Assembly (NCBI RefSeq): GCF_000018105.1
Contig: NC_009925.1
Location: forward strand, 6,060,001-6,092,000
Direction: 5' to 3'
Length of the DNA stretch: 32,000 nucleotides
Source: Acaryochloris marina MBIC11017
GTDB taxonomy: Bacteria > Cyanobacteriota > Cyanobacteriia > Thermosynechococcales > Thermosynechococcaceae
Part shown: positions 18,501 through 24,846 of the stretch, piece after piece
Layout of the letters: each line of letters begins with the position of its first letter
Numbering within the stretch: position 1 is the first letter of the stretch
Made by a program: the position numbers and the translations under genes
The notes under the pieces: model-generated
The model's database searches: none
What the model saw: only the letters and a program-made list of their open reading frames with translations
What the model was told of the DNA's origin: nothing

Positions 18501-20804
18501 GCTTTTAAACATCATCCGAATGGCATTATTTTCCTCGACCAATGCGAGCGCCGACGGAATTGGACCAAAGATGAAATCTCTCTATTGGGAGCAGTTGCGG
18601 CTCAGCTGGGGATTGCCGTTGCCCATGCTGATTTATTAGCGGATGAACAGAAGCAGCGTCAGAATTTGAATCTTCAGAATCATCGTCTTCAAGAAGAGAT
18701 CGTTAATCGAAATCAGGCGGAAAAGGCTTTAGCCAAGCAACTCGAAAAAGCTGAACTATTAGAGCAAATTGTTCGGCAAATTCGGCAAAGTCTAGAACCC
18801 CAGTTAATTTTTCGCACTGCTGTGACCCAGGTACGGAAATTACTGGCTGTAGATCGCGTCTGCATCTATCGGTTTATAGAGGATGCTGGCTACTCTCAAG
18901 GCATGATGGTTGCGGAAGAAGTACTCCCAGAGTTTCCGTCTGCCCTCACAGCACAAGTTCGAGACCAATGCTTTGGTGATGAATATGCAACTCAGTATCA
19001 GAACGGTCGCTTTCAAGCTGTTGCTGATATCTATGATGCCGGTCTCAGTGAGTGCCATATCGAGATTTTGGACCTGTTCCATATTCGTGCCAACTTGGTT
19101 TTGCCTCTCCTTCAGGGAGATAATTTGTGGGGATTACTCTGTATTCATCAATGTTCAGGGCCACGGTCTTGGCAGCCTGATGAAATAGAATTTGTGCAAA
19201 AGATTGCGAATCAGCTTGGTATTGCCCTCTATCAAGCGGAACTCTTGCTGAAAGAGCAACACCAACGTCATGTTTTATCCGTTCGAAGTCAAGAATTAAC
19301 CTTCAATAATCAACAGTTAGCGAAGGCTAAACAGGAAGCCGAAACAGCTCAAAGGAAAGCAGAACAGGCTAATCGAGCCAAGAGTATTTTTCTAGCAAAT
19401 ATGAGCCATGAACTGAGGACACCATTAAATGCCATCCTTGGTTTTAGCCAGTTGATTAGTCGCGACCCCAGCACCCCAAACTATCAGCTAGAGCAGCTCG
19501 AAATTATTAATCGCAGTGGTGAACATCTGCTGGCCTTAATCAACGATGTTCTCACCATGTCCAAAATTGAGGCAGGACGGTCTTCTCTACGTTCCCAAAT
19601 TGTAGATCTACCGTTGCTTCTAGATACCGTGGAAAATATGCTTGGCCTTAAAGCAGAGAAAAAAGGTCTAAAACTGATATTTGATCGTGGACTTACCCCC
19701 CCTCACTACATTCGGACCGATCCAGGCAAACTCCGTCAGGTATTAATGAATTTATTGAGTAATGCCATTAAATTTACGACCAGTGGTCATGTCCAGTTAT
19801 GCCTAGAGTCTAATACCTTAGATACCCCAGAGGGGGCTGGAGTTCCTCCATTATTAGACGTCCGGTTTACGGTTTCAGATACCGGGTCCGGCATTGCCCC
19901 AGAAGAACTTAAGTTGTTATTTGAACCGTTTGCTCAGACAGAAACCGGGCGTCAATCCCAAGAAGGGACGGGTTTAGGCTTAGCCATTAGTCGGCAGTTT
20001 GTACAGATCATGGGGGGTAATCTTACTGCCCACAGTATCCATAATCAGGGAACTACGTTAACGTTTAATATCGTGGTTGAAACTGTCCTGCAGAAAAAGC
20101 AACTTGGTTCCCATCGTCAGGTCATGCAACTCTTACCGGGACAACCTCACTATCGAATTTTAGTGGTAGAAGACAATGTCGATAGTCGTGAGCTGTTGGT
20201 AACCTTACTGGTAACCGTAGGTTTTACCGTGAAGGCTGCCGAGAATGGTGAAGTAGCCATTGCACTGTGCCAATCATGGCAACCCCATTTAGTTTGGATG
20301 GATTTGCGGTTACCTGTTTTAGATGGTCTGAGCGCTACTCGTTTGATCAAGCAGCTGGAGACACCCCCAGTAGTCATTGCCTTAACTGCTAATGCCTTTG
20401 ATGAAGATCGTGACTTGGCACTACAAGCAGGGTGTGATGACTTTGTCCATAAACCCTATCGAGAAGCCAGTATTTTCGAGAAAATGGCCCTTCATTTAGA
20501 AGTGCAGTATCAGTATCAAGAGAAGGAACTGCTCAAATCAACGATTCCTACCCTCAATGTGGAGCAGCTCGCTCAAATGCCTCACCCTTGGCTAGTTCAA
20601 TTACATCAAGCGACCAACAACCTCGACCAACACATGGTTGAACTTCTCCTGGATGAGCTTGATGAGACCAATCAACCCTTACAAGAAGCCCTTAGGCATC
20701 TAGTGCATGAGTTTCGTTATGACGAAATATTAGCGGTGACTCATCCTCTCCTTTCCCCGCCCCTCCAAGAATCTACTGAACCCCCTCAAGAATCTACTGA
20801 ATAA
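15510..20804 (+). CDS. Multidomain hybrid sensor histidine kinase (about 4 CBS - coiled coil - GAF - GAF - PAS - GAF - GAF - HisKA - HATPase - REC - conserved tail)
   Basis: Approximate domain positions:
- CBS-like repeats at about aa 20-280.
- GAF domains starting near aa 365, 556, 879 and 1083, each ending in a (H/S/D)xC..R.W..(D/E)E motif.
- PAS near aa 747 (DSIPQAIFWKD...GTSEDITERIQ).
- H-box MSHELRTPLN (His about 1300).
- N/G boxes (NLLSNAIKFT, DTGSGI, GTGLGLAIS).
- REC with DLRLP (Asp about 1598). Confidence 0.92.
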   Translation: MGSRWPVTWQPVSTSIINPQPLTVTVDTPVMSVLKQMSQLYGAACAFPVDPKESLLQASCAIVTHSSGRLAGVFTERDLVQLMVEGHDLAHANIGDVLRDLPVTISPEQCRDISVPLFLMRRAKVQHLPVVTPQQKVLGIVTLGTLCQAIEATNFLQLWSVPAVMSTEVVCAAPSMSILEVACQMHAHHTSCAVVTCQKQQMTQLIGIITERDILQLQTLGIPMTTTFVEQVMSSPLFSVNPKDSLWSVYQQMHHHHIRRMVVVDSNQILGIVNQDDLLHLFDPLATNALTEALQGQVKQLRLEKVDLLQGQSYGIETQQSLEDINHANDQVQLLKQQNQRLQQELKHKEQAEAELSQQIKQERLLRLITQEIHSTTDLKELQSIVVHQVRQAVGADRALLFRLMPGGGGIILEESVLPNYPAMEELDGEDQDFPPEYYEFYLHRQPRIVLDVDQDDWSQCLKQFWLPAQVKSKIVAPIVQSQDHGHSRLWGLLVVHACEYHRVWQPDEALFLQQVANQFAVAVQQADLAIQLQQELVERQQSDRALAQELQRSQLLGKIAQKVHESLDSLHVFETAVVEIRRALKASRCNIYIYSATDEPHFSLMFHDYEADYPDRGPEIVRLADHEYARRLVSQSEAIVSPQVQSDPLLANGLPMVNALSIQSMVSIRTSYQGDVNGAITISQCDRIRDWTLEEVDLLAAVATEVGIALAHANLLAQELQQRAQLSQKNQQLQTEIEEKKQTQTLLKLVMDSIPQAIFWKDKASRYLGCNQAFAQEAGFNTAEDIIGKTDQEMPWSSEEAEWHRLSDLEVMNSKQPQFHVLETHLRADGTKTWLDTNKVPLHNLKGQVVGLLGTSEDITERIQIETELQQQLQREQVLSEITNQIRRSLDLDVLLKSAVDQLRDLFQVSRCSFFTYSDQPNSQLILSAQAYAHPEWEAALSDPLPTSDHPRFIKLLANDRVHAVSDIWQEPSLSTTEKELLSTSLRIGAYLSVRTAFKHHPNGIIFLDQCERRRNWTKDEISLLGAVAAQLGIAVAHADLLADEQKQRQNLNLQNHRLQEEIVNRNQAEKALAKQLEKAELLEQIVRQIRQSLEPQLIFRTAVTQVRKLLAVDRVCIYRFIEDAGYSQGMMVAEEVLPEFPSALTAQVRDQCFGDEYATQYQNGRFQAVADIYDAGLSECHIEILDLFHIRANLVLPLLQGDNLWGLLCIHQCSGPRSWQPDEIEFVQKIANQLGIALYQAELLLKEQHQRHVLSVRSQELTFNNQQLAKAKQEAETAQRKAEQANRAKSIFLANMSHELRTPLNAILGFSQLISRDPSTPNYQLEQLEIINRSGEHLLALINDVLTMSKIEAGRSSLRSQIVDLPLLLDTVENMLGLKAEKKGLKLIFDRGLTPPHYIRTDPGKLRQVLMNLLSNAIKFTTSGHVQLCLESNTLDTPEGAGVPPLLDVRFTVSDTGSGIAPEELKLLFEPFAQTETGRQSQEGTGLGLAISRQFVQIMGGNLTAHSIHNQGTTLTFNIVVETVLQKKQLGSHRQVMQLLPGQPHYRILVVEDNVDSRELLVTLLVTVGFTVKAAENGEVAIALCQSWQPHLVWMDLRLPVLDGLSATRLIKQLETPPVVIALTANAFDEDRDLALQAGCDDFVHKPYREASIFEKMALHLEVQYQYQEKELLKSTIPTLNVEQLAQMPHPWLVQLHQATNNLDQHMVELLLDELDETNQPLQEALRHLVHEFRYDEILAVTHPLLSPPLQESTEPPQESTE

Positions 20805-20980
20805 GCCCTCTGAATTAAATGGGTAAGCTAATCAACAGGTACCGGAAGTCTCCTGAGAAGTGATCACCTAATGCTCACAGGCAATCCGTTCTCTCAATCT
20901 ATTCAGTTTGCTCTGGCAAGTAACGGCATATGGGTGTCTTGCTATCTGTGCTGAATAAATGCCCCATCTGTTCTTGATAC

Positions 20981-21489
20981 ATGGCCAGATACAGTACCAC
21001 TCAAACATTACAATCCCTAGTTGTGATCGGTGTTGTCGCAGGCTTCTCTTTTGTGCCCATTTACTACGGGGGCTGTACCTTCAGAAAGGACATCAGTCAG
21101 AAAGCTGGACATCCACAACAGCTCTCGTTGAACAATCGGAAACAATTCGGACACCGAGTGGAGATACTAAAACTCATCTCAACTACAAATTTAAATATCG
21201 ATATTGGGTCAATGGAAAGTCTTATACGTCCCATCGCAACTCTTATAAAGCAGGAGGTGGAGATGTGGCTGAGATTGTAAACCGATTAAAAAAGGGAGAT
21301 TCTGTGCAGGTCTATTACAATCCCAATACCCCATCAGAAGTTGTGGTGGAACGAGGCTATTCCTTACTGCAGATAGTGTGGATCGCAGCAGGCTTAGGAG
21401 GGCTGGGTTTTTGTGGCCTGGGGTTAGTTGGATTATGGATGGATCCTTTAGATAGAAACCCTCATCGCCATGCTTCCGATATGGAATAG
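20981..21489 (+). pseudogene. DUF3592-like membrane protein gene with an apparent frameshift at a G5 run (21068-21072)
   Basis: The frame from ATG 20981 encodes the expected N-terminal TM helix (LQSLVVIGVVAGFSFVPIYYGG). The DUF3592 core (SWTSTTALVEQSE...YKFKYRYWVNGKSY...VQVYYNPNTPSEVVVE) and the C-terminal TM helix are in the frame of ORF 20959..21489. One extra G in the run would join them. Confidence 0.7.
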
Positions 21490-21519
21490 CACTATATCTA
21501 TTTTATGAATATAGTGCTA
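21487..21519. promoter_or_regulatory. 11-bp perfect inverted repeat TAGCACTATAT-N11-ATATAGTGCTA upstream of padR: candidate PadR operator and/or terminator of the DUF3592 gene
   Basis: This was read directly. The left arm starts at the TAG stop of the upstream gene. TTTTT follows the right arm. TGAATATAGT is also directly repeated at 21506-21515 and 21524-21533. Confidence 0.35.
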
Positions 21520-21556
21520 TTTTTGAATATAGTAACCCAGACTACTTAGGTCCAAT

Positions 21557-21886
21557 ATGTCAGAACTCAACTTACGTTTGACACCTAATCAGGAGGTCAT
21601 CTTAGCGGCCTTACGATTACATAGACGTTATGGTCTTGAGATTCTAGCTGCTATTGAAAATAGTGGGGGAAAGCAGATTGGTTTTAATTCCCTCTATCCC
21701 AATTTGAAGAAATTAGAGCATAAAGGACTCGTCCAGTCGGAATGGGGAGATGAGCCTCCAGAAGAGCATAGTGGGGCAAGACGGAAGTATTACCGGATTA
21801 CTGATGTAGGCATTAGAGCATTAGATCTTAAACAAGAACTATTAGCTGGGGTATCAGCCTGGATACCTGAAACAGAAGGGGCATGA
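21557..21886 (+). CDS. PadR-family transcriptional regulator
   Basis: It has a PadR winged-helix signature (RYGLEIL..IE...G......NSLYPNLKKLEHKGLVQSEW......RKYYRITDVG). Confidence 0.85.
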   Translation: MSELNLRLTPNQEVILAALRLHRRYGLEILAAIENSGGKQIGFNSLYPNLKKLEHKGLVQSEWGDEPPEEHSGARRKYYRITDVGIRALDLKQELLAGVSAWIPETEGA

Positions 21887-21887
21887 T

Positions 21888-22826
21888 ATGAATGAGAAGG
21901 ACTTAGAGCTTGCAGGTAAAACAGGACGGTTTGCTCGTCAGTTTCCTCAAGTATGGCAAGAGTATCAGGACTGGTTGAGAGCCATTGTCTCTTCTCGGGA
22001 GCAACTGCAACAACGCTATGCCAAGGGACTTGCCAGTCTGATATTCAGATGGCGATTGCTGTATTTTGGCATCTACATTGTAGCTATGGCTGGATGTAAG
22101 ACCGTGATTCAAAGCCGAAACCAGCTATCGACTCGGCAAGGTGATAGGGATAAGGCTCTTGCCTTGGGCCAGACCGAGAACGTAACCCAATCTCTACAAA
22201 TTAATCGTACCTATTTTATTCTGCAAAGGATAGCGACGCTTTTAGCCGTGGCGGAATTAACCCTATGTGGTCTAGCAGCGCTTACGGGCGTCATGCTGGC
22301 GTTCTACTATCAACCGACAGCGATTGGTGCTCATGCATCGTTGTATGCGATCGCATATCACATCACCAACGGCAATCTTATCCTCAGCTTACATAATATT
22401 GCTGGGAATGGCCTCATAGTTCTGGCTTTAGTCCAAATTGTCGTTATGTTTTTGGGGCGACAGTTTATGAGATCTTGGTTAACGGCTTGGATTAGCGGTA
22501 TTTGCCTAGCCCTAGCAACAATAGGTCTTAGCTGGACCGCCATTATTCTCAATTGGGACCAGATCGGGTTCTGGCGATTTAAGATTGAGCTCAACATTAT
22601 TGGATCCTTGCCTGCAGGCTCATTTCTCCGGGAGGTCCTAGCCGGTGGGAGCGCTATCAATACCCTGACGCTGCAGCATATGTATACATTGCACAGCTAC
22701 GTACTTGCGATCGCAGCCCTGCTTCTGTCTATTATTCATCTCGCAGCCCATATCTTCCAAGAAAAATCATGGGCTCAAATTGCTCCTGGGAGCTGGTGTT
22801 CTTCAGAAGATACCAGCACAGTTTAG
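21888..22826 (+). CDS. Membrane protein with an N-terminal extension (1 TM) fused to a cytochrome b6 (PetB)-like four-helix core
   Basis: The ATG lies 1 nt after the padR stop (TGAtATG). The region TGVMLAFYYQPT...SLHNIAGNGLIVLALVQIVVMFLGRQF...WTAIILNWDQIGFWRFKI...TLQHMYTLHSYVLAIAALLLSIIHL aligns without gaps, by eye, to PetB (TFYYRPT...[27 protein letters not shown]...YSLPWDQIGYWAVKI...[24 protein letters not shown]). Confidence 0.7.
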   Translation: MNEKDLELAGKTGRFARQFPQVWQEYQDWLRAIVSSREQLQQRYAKGLASLIFRWRLLYFGIYIVAMAGCKTVIQSRNQLSTRQGDRDKALALGQTENVTQSLQINRTYFILQRIATLLAVAELTLCGLAALTGVMLAFYYQPTAIGAHASLYAIAYHITNGNLILSLHNIAGNGLIVLALVQIVVMFLGRQFMRSWLTAWISGICLALATIGLSWTAIILNWDQIGFWRFKIELNIIGSLPAGSFLREVLAGGSAINTLTLQHMYTLHSYVLAIAALLLSIIHLAAHIFQEKSWAQIAPGSWCSSEDTSTV

Positions 22827-22867
22827 TTGTTTAGAAACTCAATAGTCTACGCCCAAAAGGGATCCAA

Positions 22868-23434
22868 TTAATCAAGCCAATGCACTCCGTTGTCAGACGT
22901 GGGAGGGGACTCATTGGCCTGATTAGCCTCTGAAGCCGAAGGCATTTCTTCATTGGGGTCAAACTGAATAAACGGATTGACACTCACATCCGTGAGACTA
23001 TCCGGATCAATAATCATGTAGGGGGGTTCCCCAATATGTTCTGGATAAAACTGCTCAACGAAAAAATCCAAGGTGGCTTGTCGAATATAGCCATTCAGAA
23101 CGGCAAGGGCTCCAAACCGTAACCCTGTCTTTTTCTGGGCTGCCAAGATAGCATCGACCATGTTTCGATCAATCAGTCCAGCCCGACGAAAATAGCTACC
23201 AATGGGAACTGGCTCTGCTTGAGTATCTGGGTAGGGCCACTGATCACCAAAAAAGTCAGCCGTTTGTTGTTGAACCCACCCATGGAGTGTCAGAATCTCA
23301 CCCAAGCGCATCATTTCATACAGCCGCTGCTCATAAAGGGCAGTCTCTAGTTGATGGGGCGTAATCAGATCTGACGCGCACAAACGCTCACCAATTTTGT
23401 GAGAGTTTTGGATTAGGGTGGGGCCAATCGTCAT
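22868..23434 (-). CDS. Stand-alone protein with two MshEN/GspE-N (T2SSE_N)-like domains
   Basis: There are four 24-aa segments of the RLGxxLLxxGLLxxxxLxxxLxxQ type: KIGERLCASDLITPHQLETALYEQ, RLGEILTLHGWVQQQTADFF, PIGSYFRRAGLIDRNMVDAILAAQ and RFGALAVLNGYIRQATLDFFVEQ. No ATPase domain is present. Confidence 0.6.
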   Translation of the reverse strand: MTIGPTLIQNSHKIGERLCASDLITPHQLETALYEQRLYEMMRLGEILTLHGWVQQQTADFFGDQWPYPDTQAEPVPIGSYFRRAGLIDRNMVDAILAAQKKTGLRFGALAVLNGYIRQATLDFFVEQFYPEHIGEPPYMIIDPDSLTDVSVNPFIQFDPNEEMPSASEANQANESPPTSDNGVHWLD

Positions 23435-23793
23435 GGCTTAGCCTACAGAATACTCTTACCCAAAGTAACAAATTTCATTCTCATAAGTGAATATTGTTAC
23501 GGAATGCAGGACAACAAAGGGGGATTGGAGATTTGCCAGGAAAGTACCCCATACACTGACACCTTTATCGTTTCTCAGTTAGAGCTTAAAGCCAGATGCT
23601 AGCAAAAACAAACAGCATGGCCCATAGCGAATTCACTGATTCTTAATCAAACAACTCTCGATGGTAGTGGGTTAAATATCCAAGAGAAGCAACAATCCAA
23701 TCCATCTTTATCATTCACAAGAACACCATCTTAGAGAGAAATTCTACACGCATTGGCAGCAAATATCCTCACTATCATTGCGAACACAATAAA

Positions 23794-23840
23794 TCCCCCT
23801 CATTTTCGAAACCCAACAGGAGTAATGAGAATGAGGGGGA
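23794..23840 (-). terminator. Hairpin downstream of the acidic lipoprotein gene (CCCCCTCAT / ATGAGGGGG stem)
   Basis: TCCCCCTCATT (23794-23804) pairs with AATGAGGGGGA (23830-23840) around a 25-nt loop. On the minus strand the stem is followed by TTTATT. Confidence 0.4.
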
Positions 23841-23899
23841 AGTTCCAGTATTGTCAATTAGGAACAAAACCTTATTAAAACCATGAAGACAGAGGACGC

Positions 23900-24145
23900 T
23901 TATCCCTCTCCACCTTCTCCACCTTCTCCACCATCATCAGAGGAACCATCTTCTCCACCTTCTCCACCATCATCGGTGGAACCATCTTCTCCGCCTTCGC
24001 CACCATCATCTGCAGGGCTTTCCACAGCTGGGCTGGGGCTTTCTTGTTCACCACCTTCACCATTTGTTGTGCCACCATCACAGGCAAAAAGGGTAGCCGA
24101 TAAACCTAAGGCAAGAAATAACTCAACTGATTTGGAACGTTTCAT
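23900..24145 (-). CDS. Small hyper-acidic Gly/Glu/Asp-repeat lipoprotein
   Basis: MKRSKSVELFLALGLSATLFAC is a signal peptide with a lipobox. The mature 59 aa consist of G/E/D/S with DDGGEGGEDGS(T/S) repeats. The ATG is at 24145 and the ORF-track start at 24154 is GTG. Confidence 0.6.
   Translation of the reverse strand: MKRSKSVELFLALGLSATLFACDGGTTNGEGGEQESPSPAVESPADDGGEGGEDGSTDDGGEGGEDGSSDDGGEGGEGGEG
23915..24010. repeat. Three copies of a 36-bp-period tandem repeat (core TTCTCCACCTTCTCCACCATCATC) inside the lipoprotein gene
   Basis: The cores are at 23915-23938, 23951-23974 and 23987-24010. The third copy has 2 substitutions. Confidence 0.9.
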
Positions 24146-24380
24146 TGTAGTCACTTAAATTTTCAACAGAGCTGGAATCATCCTACCGTTTATTCACATC
24201 AACTCTCATTAAAAAGAAAAATGATTGCTCAAAACTTCAGGTTTTTTTCAGATTGACTTTAAGCATTCGAGGGATGAAACAGTTGATATATAAGTCTTTC
24301 AGCAGGGTTTCATACATGATGTCGACCTAAAGGTTTCCGATTAGACCCTCAATATAGACCTTGGAAGATCCAATTTTATA

Positions 24381-24399
24381 GATAATTTCTCAATTAGAT
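24381..24399. promoter_or_regulatory. Fur-type box candidate A (GATAATTTCTCAATTAGAT)
   Basis: It shares A(A/T)TTCTCAAT(A/T)A with the site at 24592-24608 and starts with the GATAAT hexamer. Confidence 0.35.
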
Positions 24400-24431
24400 T
24401 CCATTGATATTGCTTTGATCAGCTTACTCAA

Positions 24432-24468
24432 AGCTTATCACTATCTACAAATTGGATAGTGATAAGCT
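24432..24468. promoter_or_regulatory. Perfect 14-bp inverted repeat AGCTTATCACTATC-N9-GATAGTGATAAGCT abutting a TATAAT hexamer (24472-24477)
   Basis: This was read directly. The right arm consists of GATAGT and GATAAG hexamers (Fur-hexamer-like). It lies between the divergent lipoprotein and isiA genes. Confidence 0.5.
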
Positions 24469-24591
24469 CCCTATAATGAAAGACTTATTAGTTCTTTCAT
24501 CGTCAATCCAGAGAAAAATTTTTAAAAAGAGCCCTAAGCTTATTGCCATTATTGGCAATGCCTGCTTAAATAGCGAAAGAGTCTTATTGAC

Positions 24592-24608
24592 TTAAATTCT
24601 CAATAAAA
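24592..24608. promoter_or_regulatory. Fur-type box candidate B (TTAAATTCTCAATAAAA), overlapping a TTGACT -35-like hexamer (24587-24592)
   Basis: This is the second copy of the TTCTCAAT core, about 240 bp upstream of the isiA ATG. It matches, from memory, the A/T-rich FurA iron-box consensus used for Anabaena (...AAATTCTCAATAAAT). Confidence 0.35.
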
Positions 24609-24846
24609 TATCTAAGCCAACCATTCTTGGTTTCAAACCTACCCTAGGACTGGTTAGCAAGAAGACGTTGTACCAAAACGCTAGCTAAAAAAACATCCGT
24701 CGGAAACGGCATTCCTTTTGTTAGCACAGCCCTCACATCTATGTCAGAGGTTGGTTCCTTCAACCTCTGGCCTTTACTTAAAATCTTTCGCAATGCTCAT
24801 AACAGAGCGATAAATATGGACATTCAAAAAGGAAGGAGACTTTCCT

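Noticed and set aside
15749-20377. Ten short ORFs on both strands inside the histidine-kinase gene
   Set aside because: All are nested in a continuous 1764-codon frame with recognisable domains throughout, and none has an independent signature.
20959-21080. ATG 20959 as the true start of the DUF3592 protein (MPHLFLIHGQIQYHSNITIPSCDRCCRR...)
   Set aside because: The resulting N-terminus has no TM helix, whereas the overlapping 20981 frame encodes exactly the TM helix expected for the family. A frameshift at the G5 run is the more economical explanation.
23875-24158. Plus-strand Pro/Ser-rich ORF 23883..24158 and minus-strand ORF 23875..24087
   Set aside because: These are mirror or off-frame readings of the tandem repeat. 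Only the 23900..24145 minus frame has a signal peptide with a lipobox. The strand call remains provisional.
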